A stretch of 64,000 bases of DNA, taken from assembly GCA_965228895.1 (NCBI GenBank), contig OZ245842.1, positions 3,104,001 through 3,168,000 of the forward strand, given 5' to 3'. Origin of the DNA: Alphaproteobacteria bacterium (lineage in GTDB: Bacteria; Pseudomonadota; Alphaproteobacteria; SP197). Below are positions 1-13,640 of this stretch, piece by piece (within the stretch, counting starts at the first letter, position 1; every line of letters begins with the position of its first letter). Under the pieces are notes generated by a model, which was given only the letters and a program-made list of their open reading frames with translations, was not told the DNA's origin and did no database searches. A program made the translations under genes and the position numbers.

Positions 1-29
1 ATGTGCGGTATGCCAAAGCTCATCGACAT
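1..29 (-). CDS. Possible 5' end of a gene running off the left edge (MSMSFGIPH...)
   Basis: ATG at 29 preceded by AGGAGTGGGAGA on the minus strand, divergent from a LysR gene; only about 9 codons visible. Confidence 0.3.
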
Positions 30-206
30 TTCTCCCACTCCTGTAATCGCAGGGCCGGCTCTGAACGAGCTTGACGATTGTCATGAGGCCCTTCCGGCCG
101 CCCCCGGCTGACGGTGACATCCGTCAAACCGGCCGGTAGTTTGGCTGATCGATAGGCCGGCACGATAGAAGCCCGGCTCAAACTCATGTTTGGCAGAGGT
201 CAAACA

Positions 207-1145
207 GTGTCTCGACGACCAACTCCGGCAAACCGGTATCTGAGCGCAGTTCAGGATGTCGACCTGCGTCATCTGCGCGTTTTCATGGCTGTCGTGGAAC
301 ACGGTGGGTTTTCAGCCGCTGAGTCCGCTCTCAACATCGGCCGTTCAACTATCAGCCTGCAAATGACCGAACTTGAGCAGCGCCTGGGCATGAAGCTGTG
401 CCATCGCCGCGGCTCGTTTCGGTTGACCCAGCACGGCGAGATCGTTCACCGCGCAGCGATCGACCTGTACGGCGCCCTCGAACAATTCCAAGACCAGATC
501 CATGCAGCGCACGACGTCTTGTCGGGCGAGCTCAAGATCGGTTACGTCGATCAATTGATCTCACACCCTGAGTTTCGCCTGCGCGAAGCACTGCAAAACT
601 TCAACCAGATCGCTCCCAGAGTTCGCGTCACCCTGCGAGTCACGAGCACGGACGAAATTGAACGCGGCGTCCTAGCGGGAGAGATCGATTTCGGCATTGT
701 GCCCGACTACCGGCGCCTGCCCGGTTTGACGTATCGGTCCTACGTTGAGGAAGTGCAAAAACTGTACTGTGCGTCGGGACATCCCCTGTTCAGCCGCCCG
801 GATACATCGATCGATCTGCCCCAGATAGCCGGGGCGAACCACGCCATCTCAGGCTATATGGACCCCGCAAGACTGTATGGAGACGACCTTCGTGTCGAAC
901 CCGGCGCTATCGCGTATGGCGCCGAGGCGTTAGCCCAACTGATTCTTACCGGACGCTATGTCGGCATGTTGCCGGTTCATCATGCAGAGCAATGGACGAG
1001 AAACGGGGCGATGCGGCCGTTGTTATCCGACCGGTTTACCATCCGCCGTCAATTCAGCGTCATCCGAAGAAAGAACAACGAAGGAGAGCACGTCGTCGAT
1101 CAGTTTCTGATTGAGCTGATCGGCACCGACCAAGCTGGAATCTAG
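207..1145 (+). CDS. LysR-family transcriptional regulator
   Basis: N-terminal HTH DLRHLRVFMAVVEHGGFSAAESALNIGRSTISLQMTELEQRLG, about 310 aa; GTG at 207 after AGAGG chosen over ATG at 186. Confidence 0.9.
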   Translation: MSRRPTPANRYLSAVQDVDLRHLRVFMAVVEHGGFSAAESALNIGRSTISLQMTELEQRLGMKLCHRRGSFRLTQHGEIVHRAAIDLYGALEQFQDQIHAAHDVLSGELKIGYVDQLISHPEFRLREALQNFNQIAPRVRVTLRVTSTDEIERGVLAGEIDFGIVPDYRRLPGLTYRSYVEEVQKLYCASGHPLFSRPDTSIDLPQIAGANHAISGYMDPARLYGDDLRVEPGAIAYGAEALAQLILTGRYVGMLPVHHAEQWTRNGAMRPLLSDRFTIRRQFSVIRRKNNEGEHVVDQFLIELIGTDQAGI

Positions 1146-1167
1146 CCCTGTCGAGGTGGTTTAGACC

Positions 1168-2286
1168 TCAGTCGTCAACTGACGGCGGCACCAGGACGAA
1201 GTTGCCGACGAAGTCCTTCTTCATGAATTCCTTCTGCGCTTCGGCGATCTGATCCAGGGGAAAGGTCCTGGCAACCAGGGGTCTGATCTCGCCCGCTTCG
1301 ATGTAGCGAATGAGATTGGGAAACACCGGCTCGTCCCACGCGGTGCAGCCGATCAAGGTGATGTCTTTCAGGTACATGTCGCGCATGTCAAGCGAGACGA
1401 CAGGCCCGGCGATAGCGCCCGACGACACATAACGCCCGCCCCGCTTCAGAACCTTCAGCATCTGTGGGAAGCCCGGCCCGGCGACATTATCGACAACGAC
1501 GTCGACGCTGTCGGCACCGAGCAGTGCGACAAGATCGTCATCGCGGTCGACCACGCCATCGGCGCCGATGGCGCTGACCTGATCGAGCTTTGACCGGCTG
1601 GCTATTGCCGTGACGCGGGCGCCTCGCCGTTTGGCAAGCTGAACCGTGGCGGATCCGACACCGCCGGAGGCACCGGCAACGAGAACATGGTCGCCGTTTC
1701 CAACGCTAGCGCGATGCAGCATGTTTTCCGACGTCGCATAGGCGCACGGGATTGTCGCCAGTTCTTCGTCGGTCCAGTCGCAGTGGACGGCAAAGATCTC
1801 TGTGGCCGGTACCTTCACGTACTGCGCGAACGCACCGTCGAAGTCCGACGCCATCCAGACGTTGTCCATGGTGTCGTAGCCGTTCGGCCGCATACACGCG
1901 CGCACCAGGACACGTTGGCCGATGATGCCGTCGTCAACACCCGAACCGACCTCAACCACCCGGCCGCAGCAGTCGGTGCCCTGGATGAACGGAAACGGCG
2001 TCGCCTCGTTCCAGCCGCCATCGGCCTTCTGATCGGCTTCCTGACTCTGCACATCCGCCGTCGAGTCCGTGCTGTCGGTCACCGACGAGGAATACCAGCC
2101 CAGGCGCGTGTTGATTTCGGTGTTGTTGACGCCGGCCGCCAGGACCTGCAGCAGAACCTCGCCGGGCCCCGGTTGGGGAACAGGGACCTCGCGGTAGTCG
2201 AGCATGTCGTAGTCGCCGTTGCCGGTGGTCACGACCGCCATCATGGTTCGGTCGCACCCGGCGATGTCGAAACGGTCTGCGTTCAT
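1168..2286 (-). CDS. Alcohol dehydrogenase-family (MDR) oxidoreductase
   Basis: GroES-like PGPGEVLLQVLAAGVN, QGTDCCG, Rossmann VAGASGGVG, C-terminal TFPLDQIAEAQ. Confidence 0.88.
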   Translation of the reverse strand: MNADRFDIAGCDRTMMAVVTTGNGDYDMLDYREVPVPQPGPGEVLLQVLAAGVNNTEINTRLGWYSSSVTDSTDSTADVQSQEADQKADGGWNEATPFPFIQGTDCCGRVVEVGSGVDDGIIGQRVLVRACMRPNGYDTMDNVWMASDFDGAFAQYVKVPATEIFAVHCDWTDEELATIPCAYATSENMLHRASVGNGDHVLVAGASGGVGSATVQLAKRRGARVTAIASRSKLDQVSAIGADGVVDRDDDLVALLGADSVDVVVDNVAGPGFPQMLKVLKRGGRYVSSGAIAGPVVSLDMRDMYLKDITLIGCTAWDEPVFPNLIRYIEAGEIRPLVARTFPLDQIAEAQKEFMKKDFVGNFVLVPPSVDD

Positions 2287-2307
2287 TCTACCCGTCCGTG
2301 GTCATGG

Positions 2308-2337
2308 ATCCCGGCTCGCACGGCGCCTGGCCGGGAT
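2308..2337. repeat. Short GC-rich inverted repeat (REP-like hairpin)
   Basis: ATCCCGGC-N14-GCCGGGAT between glmM and the dehydrogenase. Confidence 0.45.
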
Positions 2338-2365
2338 GCGGCGATAAGATATGGTGTCGTGATCC

Positions 2366-3712
2366 CTACGCCGCGCCGGCGATGACCTCGGCGAGGTGAT
2401 CGACGACTTCGCCAACGACGGCCTTGTCGTCGTGTTCGGCCATGATTCTGATCAGGGGTTCGGTGCCAGACTTGCGCACCAGCAGGCGGCCCTCGCCCGC
2501 CAGGCGCGCCTCGACATCGCTGATCGCAGCCTGGACACCGGCGTCGTCGAGCGGCTGGCTACCGGCGAAGCGGACATTTTTTAGGATCTGGGGCACGGGC
2601 TCGAACTGATGGCCCAGTTCGCTCATCGATTGGCCGGTTGCCGCGCGCACGGCGAGCACCTGAAGTGCCGCGATCAAACCGTCGCCCGTGGTCGCGTGGT
2701 CGGCCAAAACAATGTGCCCCGACTGTTCGCCACCCATGTTGTAGCCGTGCTTGCGCATATGCTCGACCACATAGCGATCGCCGACCTGGGTGCGAACCAG
2801 TTCAAGCCCCTTGGCCTGCATGTGGCGTTCCAGGCCCAGGTTCGACATGACGGTCGCGACCACGCCACCGCCCTTGAGCTCGCCGGCATCGGCCAGCCGG
2901 CCGGCGATAAGCGCCATGATCTGGTCGCCATCAATCACCTTGCCGGTTTCGTCCGCGATGATCAGGCGGTCGGCGTCACCGTCGAGCGCGATACCAAGGT
3001 CGGCGCCATGGGTCACGACCGCCTGGCACATGGCTTCGGGCGATGTCGAACCGCAGTTTTTGTTGATGTTGTAGCCGTTGGGATCGACACCGACCGGCAC
3101 GACCTCGGCACCCAGTTCCCACAACGCTTCCGGCGCGACGCGGTAGGCCGCGCCGTTGGCGGCGTCGATGACGACCTTTTGGCCGTGCAGGGTGAGGTCG
3201 CGCGGGAACGTGTTCTTGCAGTACTCGGTGTAGCGGCCGCCAAGCGCATCATCCAAACGCCAGGCGCGGCCCAGCCGTTCGGGCGCGGCAAGGTTGTCGG
3301 CGACACCGTTTTCCATGCGCGCTTCGATGTCGGCCTCGGTCTCGTCGCTCAGCTTGAAGCCGTCCGGACCAAACAGCTTGATGCCGTTGTCCTGAAACAG
3401 ATTGTGCGAGGCCGAGATCATGACGCCCAAATCGGCGCGCAGCGACTTTGTCAGCATGGCGACCGCCGGCGTCGGCATCGGCCCGAGCAGAACGACTTCC
3501 ATGCCGACTGCGAGAAAACCGGATGCCAGTGCGTTTTCCAGCATGTAGCAGGACCGGCGCGTATCCTTGCCCAGGACGACGCGATGCACGCCGCCGTCGC
3601 GGGTGAACTGCAGCCCCGCCGCCATGCCGACCTGCAGCGCTGTCGCCGCCGTCATCGGCTCGACATTGGCCTGACCGCGGATACCGTCGGTGCCAAAGAG
3701 CTTTCGTGTCAT
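2366..3712 (-). CDS. glmM: Phosphoglucosamine mutase
   Basis: [20 protein letters not shown] (phospho-Ser), [23 protein letters not shown]. Confidence 0.97.
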   Translation of the reverse strand: MTRKLFGTDGIRGQANVEPMTAATALQVGMAAGLQFTRDGGVHRVVLGKDTRRSCYMLENALASGFLAVGMEVVLLGPMPTPAVAMLTKSLRADLGVMISASHNLFQDNGIKLFGPDGFKLSDETEADIEARMENGVADNLAAPERLGRAWRLDDALGGRYTEYCKNTFPRDLTLHGQKVVIDAANGAAYRVAPEALWELGAEVVPVGVDPNGYNINKNCGSTSPEAMCQAVVTHGADLGIALDGDADRLIIADETGKVIDGDQIMALIAGRLADAGELKGGGVVATVMSNLGLERHMQAKGLELVRTQVGDRYVVEHMRKHGYNMGGEQSGHIVLADHATTGDGLIAALQVLAVRAATGQSMSELGHQFEPVPQILKNVRFAGSQPLDDAGVQAAISDVEARLAGEGRLLVRKSGTEPLIRIMAEHDDKAVVGEVVDHLAEVIAGAA

Positions 3713-4838
3713 CCGGTTTCACCCCTGCCCTCGACCGCCTGCCAGACCCGTACCGCCTGCACGGTCTGAGGCACGTCGTGGACCCGTAGTATTTGCACGC
3801 CGGCGCGCAGCCCGGCAAGGGCGAGCGCGAGACTGCCGGCCAGCCGCTCCTTGGGTGCTGCTTTCCCGGCGGTGCGTTCGATCAGACTCTTGCGCGAGGC
3901 TCCCAGCAGGATCGGGCAGCCGAGGCCGTGAAACAGCGGGAGATCGCGCATCAGCGTCAGATTGTGATCGAGTGTTTTGCCGAAGCCGATGCCGGGATCG
4001 ACACAAATGTTGCTGCGCGCGATGCCGCGCTCCAGGCAGGCCGCGATCCTGGCCTCCAGATAGTCATAGACGTCCAGGCTGACGTGATCATAGGCGGGGG
4101 CGGCCTGCATGGTGCGCGGGTCGCCCTGGGCATGCATCAAGACAACGGGCACACCGCGCTGGGCGACCAGCTCGATCGCGGCGGGATCATAGGTCAGCGC
4201 GCTGACGTCGTTGACGATGGCCGCGCCGGCGTCAAGCGCGGCGGCCATGACGTCGGCCTTGCGGCTGTCGATGGAAAGCAGGACGCCGTCGGACGCCAAC
4301 GCCGCGACAACCGGCTCGACGCGGCGGATTTCATCGGCCGTCGACACCGGTTCGGAGCCCGGCCGGGTCGATTCGCCGCCAATGTCGAGGATCTCGGCCC
4401 CCGCGTCGGCCTGCGCCCTGCCCTGGGCCGCCGCGTCATCGGGGGCCAGAGCGTCGCCGCCGTCTGAGAAGCTGTCAGGCGTTACGTTGATGATGCCCAT
4501 GATGTGCGGCTGGTCGAGCGTCAGACCGGCGAACGGTTCCGGCTGTTTGATCGACCGGCCGAGCTGGCGAAACATGGCGGCGGCGTGGGCGTCGTCGAGT
4601 TTTGCACGCCAATGACCAACGGCGTCGATGGTGTCGACAGCCTGCTCGACACGGTCGGCGTATCGGATCAGCACCTCGGCGCGGCTCGCCGGTGGTCCGG
4701 AACCGGCCAGCCGGTACTCGCCGGGAAGCACCGAGCCATCACTGGCCGGCGCTTCCGGCAGCGCTTTAACGTAGATTTTGGCGTCGGCTGGCAGCGCCTG
4801 GGGCAGCGCGTCGAGCGCCACCACAGGCAGACGCGTGG

Positions 4839-4842
<4 letters not shown>
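3709..4842 (-). CDS. folP: Dihydropteroate synthase with N-terminal extension
   Basis: [45 protein letters not shown]. Confidence 0.95.
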
Positions 4843-6776
<1,934 letters not shown>

Positions 6777-6889
6777 CCGGGCCTCGTAAGCTAGCTGTGG
6801 CGCGGCTTTCTGGCCTGCCGATCAGCGTTATTCTATCACGGCGTCGACCTGACGCCATGGTTCAATACGCGCGCACTACCGGCTGCGGA

Positions 6890-8182
6890 TTACGCCATAA
6901 GTGACGAAAACCCGGCCGGTGCCAAGGGATGTTGCGGTGCAAACGTGGCCTTAAAACGACCGGACCCAACACCCCCGCGCATCCATTGAAGGTAGGGTAC
7001 CGCTGCCAAGCCTTCAAGGTCCGAGAACGCAGGCAGAACAACCGCGCTTTCCCTGGACAGTCCCTGTATGACACCAGCGTCGACGAGTTGCCGATAGCCT
7101 GCGACCCCGAGCGGCGCCACGGAAACCCCGTCGGCCACCGTCGAAACCAGGCAGCGGCCGTCCCATTGCTGAGTCTTTCCAGGGGTCAGCAGGCGGGGCT
7201 CTGGCAGACCCCGATTCTCACGGCAAATCAAAACTTTAGCGCCTTTGCGTCGCCACAGGCACCGGCCAAGGGTGCCGGTTGAGAACGTGTCCTCCTGGTC
7301 GAGCCGAGCGCAGAAATCCAACAGGCTGTGATGGCGCGGCCCAAAGATGTGTCCACCGACCGCCATGGCGGTGCGCGCCACCACGGCCTGGCGCCGCGTG
7401 TCATCAAAACTTCGCCATACGCTGAGATCGAGGACGGCATCGCCAGCGGGCGACAGGGCCACCGCCGCCGCCAAATCGGCGGCCCTTTGACTCTCCTCGG
7501 CCTGGCGCTGTCGCTGGTGATTGGCGATCACGTCAGCGTCGGGCAAGGGCGCACGCGAGCGGCGTAGCCGCCCTCTGGCGAACGCGGGGTCTAGATTGCT
7601 GGGATCCTCGACCCATTGAAGCCCCCGCGCCTTCGCTGTCGCCAGCAACCGGACCTTGGGGATACCCAAAACCGGCCGCAGGACGCGAAGATCATGCCAC
7701 TCAAGAAGCGCGCTCATGCCGGCAAGCCCGGGTGACGCGCTGTCGCGTTGGATGCGCATGGCGACGGTCTCGCCCTGGTCGTCAGCATGATGGGCGACCA
7801 GGAGATGCAAAATGCCGGCCTTCCGGCACGCCTCCGTCAAAAGGCCGTAGCGCGCATGCCGCGCCGCAATCTGGATACCGCTGGTGGGTTTGTCGCCGGT
7901 CCACACCAGGATCTCGCTTTTCAGGCCCAGCGCGCGGCAGCGGCGGGCGACGGTCGCCGCCTCGTCGGCGGACTCCGTGCGAAGGCCATGGTCGACGATA
8001 AGGGCGTGAACGCTACCGCGATGCCAATCGGCCCATGCACCGGCCAGCGCGGCCAGCGCCATGCTGTCGCCGCCCCCGGAGACGGCCACGGCGATCACGG
8101 GCCGCGCCTCGAACGGCGCGAACCGCGTCATCAGGCCATCAAACGCGTCGTCGGTGAGTGGCGCGGCAGCTTCTAGCTGCAC
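6890..8182 (-). CDS. tilS: tRNA(Ile)-lysidine synthetase
   Basis: PP-loop AVSGGGDSMAL, VDHGLR, ARHARY, HHADDQGET, EDPSN; upstream of ftsH. Confidence 0.95.
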   Translation of the reverse strand: MQLEAAAPLTDDAFDGLMTRFAPFEARPVIAVAVSGGGDSMALAALAGAWADWHRGSVHALIVDHGLRTESADEAATVARRCRALGLKSEILVWTGDKPTSGIQIAARHARYGLLTEACRKAGILHLLVAHHADDQGETVAMRIQRDSASPGLAGMSALLEWHDLRVLRPVLGIPKVRLLATAKARGLQWVEDPSNLDPAFARGRLRRSRAPLPDADVIANHQRQRQAEESQRAADLAAAVALSPAGDAVLDLSVWRSFDDTRRQAVVARTAMAVGGHIFGPRHHSLLDFCARLDQEDTFSTGTLGRCLWRRKGAKVLICRENRGLPEPRLLTPGKTQQWDGRCLVSTVADGVSVAPLGVAGYRQLVDAGVIQGLSRESAVVLPAFSDLEGLAAVPYLQWMRGGVGSGRFKATFAPQHPLAPAGFSSLMA

Positions 8183-9117
8183 CCGGCTCCCGCAGCTTCC
8201 TGGGCGGCCTTGTCGCGCATGTTCTGCGGCGCATCCGGGAACTTGCGGCCAAGCTCAGCGAACGTGGCGCAGGCTTCCGCCGTCTTGCCCAGGCGGCTCA
8301 ACGTCACACCCAGTTTCAGCAGGTTGTCCGGCGCTTTCGTGCTTTCGGGAAACTGCTGATAACCTTTCAGGAAGTTGATCGCCGCCTGCTGGAAATTGTT
8401 GCGGACATAAAAGGTCTCGCCCAGCCAGTAATAGGCATTGCCGGACAGATCACCGTTCGGATGCATGGTGAGGAATTCCTGGAACGCCGCTTCCGCCGCG
8501 TCATAGTCGGCCTGGCGGAGCAGCGAAAACGCGTAGTTGTATTGGTCCATCTCGCTGCCTGGCGGCAAGGTTGCACCGACCGAGGCGGTCTCCGTCGTGA
8601 CGACGGCACCGTCGTCGATCACCGTCGTGGTCTCGCTGACAACATCGGCCGCGTTACCGGTCGCGCCGCTCGTCGTGGCAACACCGCCGGTCGCCGCGCC
8701 GGCACCACCGCCTTCGAGCGCGGCAAGGCGCAGATCGACATCGGCGATCAATTGTTCTATCCGCTGCCCCTGTTGGCGCTGCTGGAACTGGAGTTCCTCG
8801 ATCTGGCCAGTCAGCGTGCGCAACCTCTCCTCCATCTGCATCAAGCGAACCTGCGCGCTGGCGCCTTCCTGTCCGGTCAAACCGGTGGTCGTGTCGATCG
8901 GCTGGACCGTGATGCCGGATGCCTCGAGCGCTTCGGCCGATATGCCGCCGCCTTCGCCGGAATAGACGAACCGCTGCAGGTCGGCCATGTCCGCGCGCAA
9001 GGCGTTGAGCTCCTGCTGCATGGTCTGGAGGTCGTAGATTTGGGCCTGGGATGCGGGTGCAGCCAGCATCAGGCCACACGCGCCGATCAAGGCAAGAAAG
9101 CGAATTCGGGTCGTCAT
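8173..9117 (-). CDS. cpoB: Tol-Pal system protein CpoB/YbgF
   Basis: Signal peptide, coiled coil, TPRs (NAYYWLGETFY, KAPDNLLKLG); ATG at 9117 after GGGGAG. Confidence 0.92.
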   Translation of the reverse strand: MTTRIRFLALIGACGLMLAAPASQAQIYDLQTMQQELNALRADMADLQRFVYSGEGGGISAEALEASGITVQPIDTTTGLTGQEGASAQVRLMQMEERLRTLTGQIEELQFQQRQQGQRIEQLIADVDLRLAALEGGGAGAATGGVATTSGATGNAADVVSETTTVIDDGAVVTTETASVGATLPPGSEMDQYNYAFSLLRQADYDAAEAAFQEFLTMHPNGDLSGNAYYWLGETFYVRNNFQQAAINFLKGYQQFPESTKAPDNLLKLGVTLSRLGKTAEACATFAELGRKFPDAPQNMRDKAAQEAAGAGCS

Positions 9118-9412
9118 GGGGCTCCCCGGCTGCTGTTTGAGCGGGTCACAACGTGATGGAACCGCTGTGGCGGTTTCATCGGGTCTTGCGAAGCCGCTCG
9201 ACATCAAGGTTTCAAAGCACACTCGCCCACATCGATGGCGTCGCATAGCGAGGCCAACGTCACGGGTTTCGCTCCAAAGGGGCCTTTAAGCGCCAAGCGC
9301 GGCAAAAATGCGGCATCGTGGCCACGCCTAAATGCGGCAAGGCCGCACGCTCGCCCGGTCGAAACCGGGGAAACGCACGGCCTTGTCACGAGAACTGCGT
9401 CGAAAAGCTTGC

Positions 9413-9910
9413 TCAGTTTACCTTCAGGTCGTCACGCCGGTTCTGGGCCCAAGCGGCTTCGGTGTGACCTTCGACCTTGGGGCGTTCCTTGCCGTAACTG
9501 ATGGTCGAGATACGGCTGGGATCGATGCCCAGAGCAATCAGGTAGTTCTTGGCAGCCTGCGCGCGGCGTTCGCCGAGCGCCAGGTTGTATTCGCGGGTGC
9601 CCCGCTCGTCAGCGTTACCTTCGATGGTCACGGAGACCTGCGGATAGGCCTGCATCCACTCGGCCCAGCGCTGGATCGTGCGCTCGGCATCAGCGGTGAT
9701 GACGGAGCTGTCGAAATCGAAGTAGACCGAACCGCCCAATTCCAGATCCACGAACTCCTGGCTCAACGGATCAATGGCTTCAACCATGACCACATCTTCT
9801 TCGATCATGACTTCACCCTGGCCGGACGCATCGTCGGCGGTCTCCGGCGTCGATTCGCACGCGGCGACGAGCAGCAAGGCAGCAAACAAACTCAGAATTT
9901 TAACGCGCAT
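9413..9910 (-). CDS. pal: Peptidoglycan-associated lipoprotein Pal
   Basis: Lipobox LVAAC, VYFDFDSS, GNADERGTREYNLALGERRA, SYGKERP. Confidence 0.97.
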   Translation of the reverse strand: MRVKILSLFAALLLVAACESTPETADDASGQGEVMIEEDVVMVEAIDPLSQEFVDLELGGSVYFDFDSSVITADAERTIQRWAEWMQAYPQVSVTIEGNADERGTREYNLALGERRAQAAKNYLIALGIDPSRISTISYGKERPKVEGHTEAAWAQNRRDDLKVN

Positions 9911-10068
9911 GCGAGAAATCCCCTCTCTCTGGTGACTTAGACAAGTATTCGACGCGCTCTGAATAGACCAGGAAGGCTAAAAAAGCCCCCTTCATGGAGT
10001 TTCAGACAATCTCCGCCCATCCATTTCCAGGAAAAGCAAAAATCTAGCGCGACTATAAATTCGCTCCC

Positions 10069-11403
10069 CTATGGAATCAAGGGCGACCAGGCCGGATCAG
10101 AGCCGTCCAGCGGCGTCTCAACCAGGCGGTCGTTGCGGCCGGTCAGATCGATCGAAAACAACTGCACTTTGTTCTGATCGCCGACCGGCGTATCGCGGAA
10201 ATACATGAGCACACGACCGTTGGGGGCCCATGTCGGCCCCTCAACCAGGAAGCCATTGGCGATCAAACGTTCCCCGGATCCATCGGGGCGCATGACACCG
10301 ATGTTGAACTGTCCTCTGTGGCTCTTGGTAAACGCGATCAAGTCGCCACGCGGCGACCATACCGGTGTCGAATAACGCCCTTGCTCGAACGAAATCCGCT
10401 GCACGTTCGAACCGTCGGCGTTCATCACGTAGATTTGTGGCGTGCCGCCACGATCGGAGTTGAAGGTGACGAACTGGCCATCGGGCGAAAATGACGGCGA
10501 CGTATCGATCGCCGAGTCATTGGTCAGCCGTTGGAGCTGTCGCGTCGGCAGGTCCATGACGTAGATGTCGGAATTGCCGTCAATCGCCAACGACATGATC
10601 ACCTTGCGCCCATCGGGCGAGAACCTTGGCGCAAACGTCATGCCCGGGAAGTCGCCCAACACTTCGCGCCGGCCGGTGTCAATATCCAGGATGTAAACGC
10701 GCGGCGTGTTGTTGACATAGGACATGTACGTGATTTCCTGCGCCGTCGGCGAGAACCGCGGGGTCAACACCAGATAACTGCCATCGGTGATGAAACGGTG
10801 GTTGGCGCCATCCTGATCCATGATGGCAAGTTGCTTCATGCGGTTGCTCGCGGTGCCGCTCTCGGCGATGTAGACCACACGCGTATCGAAGTAGCCGCTT
10901 TCGCCAGTCAGCCGCTGATAGATGGCATCGGCAATCTTGTGCGCGATGCGCCGCCAGATCTGCGTGTTGCCGCGATAGACAAAACCATCAAGCTGCTGCT
11001 CCGCAAAGGTATCCCACAGCCGGAAGCTGACGGCGATACGGCCGTCGGCCTCGCGATCGACCCGGCCGGCGACAAGCGCCTGGGCATTGATGGTGCGCCA
11101 ATCACCGAAGCGCGGCGCGACATCGATGTCGGCGGAGCTTTGGATAAACGCCTGCGCACTGATCGGATCGAACAGGCCCGAGCGCTCCAGATCGGCCGCG
11201 ATGACCCGGGCGATGTCTTGACCAAGCACCGCGTCCTCGCCTTGACCGACAAAATCGGTGACGGCAATCGGCAGCGGATCGGCGACGCCTTCGTTGATAT
11301 CGATGACCAGCTGCGCGCGAGCCGGCGTGGCCAGGGCAACCAAGAGGACGACCACGGCAAGCAGTGCCGAGGGGACCAGTCGAAAGTCAGATTTGCATGT
11401 CAT
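10069..11403 (-). CDS. tolB: Tol-Pal beta-propeller protein TolB
   Basis: [28 protein letters not shown]40 repeats, C-terminal DPAWSP. Confidence 0.97.
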   Translation of the reverse strand: MTCKSDFRLVPSALLAVVVLLVALATPARAQLVIDINEGVADPLPIAVTDFVGQGEDAVLGQDIARVIAADLERSGLFDPISAQAFIQSSADIDVAPRFGDWRTINAQALVAGRVDREADGRIAVSFRLWDTFAEQQLDGFVYRGNTQIWRRIAHKIADAIYQRLTGESGYFDTRVVYIAESGTASNRMKQLAIMDQDGANHRFITDGSYLVLTPRFSPTAQEITYMSYVNNTPRVYILDIDTGRREVLGDFPGMTFAPRFSPDGRKVIMSLAIDGNSDIYVMDLPTRQLQRLTNDSAIDTSPSFSPDGQFVTFNSDRGGTPQIYVMNADGSNVQRISFEQGRYSTPVWSPRGDLIAFTKSHRGQFNIGVMRPDGSGERLIANGFLVEGPTWAPNGRVLMYFRDTPVGDQNKVQLFSIDLTGRNDRLVETPLDGSDPAWSPLIP

Positions 11404-12407
11404 TACAGCACCTTGCTCGGGTCAAACTTCAGTTCCATGAAGCGCCATTCGTCATAGGCGTCGGGCGGCAGCCCCTCCAGCGGCCGGTCCTTAAAATGCA
11501 GAACGGCACGAAGCGCACTCTCCGCTGCAGCACGATAGAACTGCCCACCGGCTGCGGCGTCTGACGTGCTGTTGACGACCTCGGCCGTCAGCACCCGGCC
11601 GTCAGGCGCCAGGCGTATCTGAATGGTGACGCGCAGTGTTTCGGCGTCGCGCGCGCCGGCTGGGATAAGCCATTGGCGTTCGATCTGCCGGCGGATCGCG
11701 TCAATCACCGTCGCCGTCACCTGACTTGACTGGTTGGGCGCGATGTTCGTGTTGTCGAGGGACGCCAGCATGTCATCGAAATTCACCGGCGGCGTTTCTT
11801 CGACGACAGGCTGCGGCTCTTCGTCCTCCAGCGACTTATCGATCAACAGGCTTTCCATCACGTTCTCAAAACTCTGTTCCGGTTCCGGCTCCGGCTCGAC
11901 CTCGGGCGGCGGCGTCGGTTTGTCGGTCGGCGTCGGCGCCACGGCAACCTGCGGCTCCGGCACCTCTTCGGGCTCCGGCTCCGGCGCCGGCTCGGGCTCG
12001 ACCACCTCGGGCTCCGGTTCCGGTAGCGGCTCCGGTTCCGGTGCGACCTCTGGCAGCGGTTCCGGTTCCGGCAGCGGCTCCGGCTCGGGCAAGGCGGCCA
12101 GCTCCGGCAGCGCCTCCGGCTCGGGCAATTCGATCGGTTCCGGCTCCGGCAACGGCTCGGGCGGCGTTTCCTCGACCGCCGCGGCAACCGGTTCGGGCTG
12201 CGGCGGTACCGGTTCGGGTTCCTCCGGCTCGACCACCGGCTCGGGCGGCGGCGCGGCGCTTTCCTCGGCGATGGTAATGATCTCCACATGTACCGCCGCT
12301 TCAGCCAAGCGGTTGTCGTCCCACCAATGGGGCAAGCCAAGCACCGCCATCATAATAACGATGACGTGAAGCCCGGCCGACATCACCATGCCGAGACGCG
12401 GTATCAT
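11403..12407 (-). CDS. tolA: TolA-like energy transducer with Pro/Glu-rich linker
   Basis: N-terminal TM with SAGLH, long PEPEP linker, C-terminal domain ([21 protein letters not shown]); located between tolR and tolB. Confidence 0.85.
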   Translation of the reverse strand: MIPRLGMVMSAGLHVIVIMMAVLGLPHWWDDNRLAEAAVHVEIITIAEESAAPPPEPVVEPEEPEPVPPQPEPVAAAVEETPPEPLPEPEPIELPEPEALPELAALPEPEPLPEPEPLPEVAPEPEPLPEPEPEVVEPEPAPEPEPEEVPEPQVAVAPTPTDKPTPPPEVEPEPEPEQSFENVMESLLIDKSLEDEEPQPVVEETPPVNFDDMLASLDNTNIAPNQSSQVTATVIDAIRRQIERQWLIPAGARDAETLRVTIQIRLAPDGRVLTAEVVNSTSDAAAGGQFYRAAAESALRAVLHFKDRPLEGLPPDAYDEWRFMELKFDPSKVL

Positions 12408-12408
12408 G

Positions 12409-12864
12409 TTACGGCTCGCCCACCGTCGGCAGCCGCGTGATCAAGGCCACGTTGTTGAAGCCTGCCTGGTTCAAGGCGCCCATCACCGCCATCACGTTTC
12501 CGTATTCGATCGTTTCGTCACCTCGCACGAAGATCCTGACATCCGGATTGTTCTGGCTAATTGCGACAAGACGAGGGCCAAGCTCTTCGAGCGCCAGTTC
12601 CGTGTCCTGCAGGAAGATACGCCCCTCGGCATCGACCGAGACGGCGAGCGGTTCGTCGCTGCCCTGCACCTCCGGCACGTCGGCTTCCGGCAGATCGACC
12701 TCGACACCGACAGTCAAAAGCGGTGCGGCGATCATGAAGACGATGAGCAGCACCAACATGACGTCGACAAACGGCGTCACGTTGATCTCGCTCATCGGTG
12801 GGCGCCGGCGGCGCGCCCGGGCGCTGCGTTCACGCCCGCCAGCGTGGGTGAACTGGACCGCCAT
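12409..12864 (-). CDS. tolR: Tol-Pal protein TolR
   Basis: [35 protein letters not shown]. Confidence 0.96.
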   Translation of the reverse strand: MAVQFTHAGGRERSARARRRRPPMSEINVTPFVDVMLVLLIVFMIAAPLLTVGVEVDLPEADVPEVQGSDEPLAVSVDAEGRIFLQDTELALEELGPRLVAISQNNPDVRIFVRGDETIEYGNVMAVMGALNQAGFNNVALITRLPTVGEP

Positions 12865-13601
12865 CAGCCGCCCTTCTCGTCAAGCTGGCGCGACAAGAGC
12901 GAGTGGAATTCGGCGGCGAAGTTCTCAAGCCGGCTGGCATAACGGTCGAGGTCGGCGGAGAGTTTGTTATAGGCGACCACCGCCGGGATCGCCGCCAGCA
13001 GACCGAGCGCGGTGGCGAACAGCGCCTCGGCGATACCCGGCGCGACGACCGCCAGCGACGTGTTCTTGCTGATCGCAATCGCGGTGAACGCGTTCATGAT
13101 ACCCCAGACGGTGCCAAACAGACCGACGAACGGCGCCGTCGATCCGACGGTCGCCAGGAAACCCATGTAGCGCTCCAGCCGATCCATCTCACGGTCGACG
13201 GTCACGTTCATCGCCTGGTTGATGCGCTGTTGCAGGCCGGCCCGCAACCGGTCGTCGGCGAGCACGTGTTGTTTCTGGATACCGCGTTTTAGTTCCTGCA
13301 TGGCGGCGGCGAAGACCGAGGCCAGCGGATGGCCGGGACGCCGTCCGACGCGGTCATAGAGATCCTCCAACGAGCCGCCGGACCAGAAGGACTCCTCGAA
13401 CGTTTCGGCCTGGCTGCTGAGCCGCCGGATGCGGACGATCTTGTCGAAGATGATCGCCCAACACCAAAACGACGAGAACAGCAGGATCAGCATCACCGCC
13501 TTGACGATCAGGTCGGCGCGCCAGAACAGGCCGAGGATCGACATGTCGACGTCGCCGACCGATCCGGCCAGTGCCGCAGCTTCGAGGTCTTCGGTTTCCA
13601 T
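12864..13601 (-). CDS. tolQ: Tol-Pal protein TolQ
   Basis: LATVGSTAPFVGLFGTVWGIM, VAPGIAEALFATALGL. Confidence 0.97.
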   Translation of the reverse strand: METEDLEAAALAGSVGDVDMSILGLFWRADLIVKAVMLILLFSSFWCWAIIFDKIVRIRRLSSQAETFEESFWSGGSLEDLYDRVGRRPGHPLASVFAAAMQELKRGIQKQHVLADDRLRAGLQQRINQAMNVTVDREMDRLERYMGFLATVGSTAPFVGLFGTVWGIMNAFTAIAISKNTSLAVVAPGIAEALFATALGLLAAIPAVVAYNKLSADLDRYASRLENFAAEFHSLLSRQLDEKGG

Positions 13602-13640
13602 CAAGTCTTTCCCTGGATTGAGAACGTCATATTGAGAGCG

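Noticed and set aside
11870-12270. GGCTCC/GGTTCC short repeats and a Gly-Ser-rich plus-strand ORF (11734-12369)
   Set aside because: Reverse complement of Pro-Glu codons in tolA; not a CRISPR array or a separate gene
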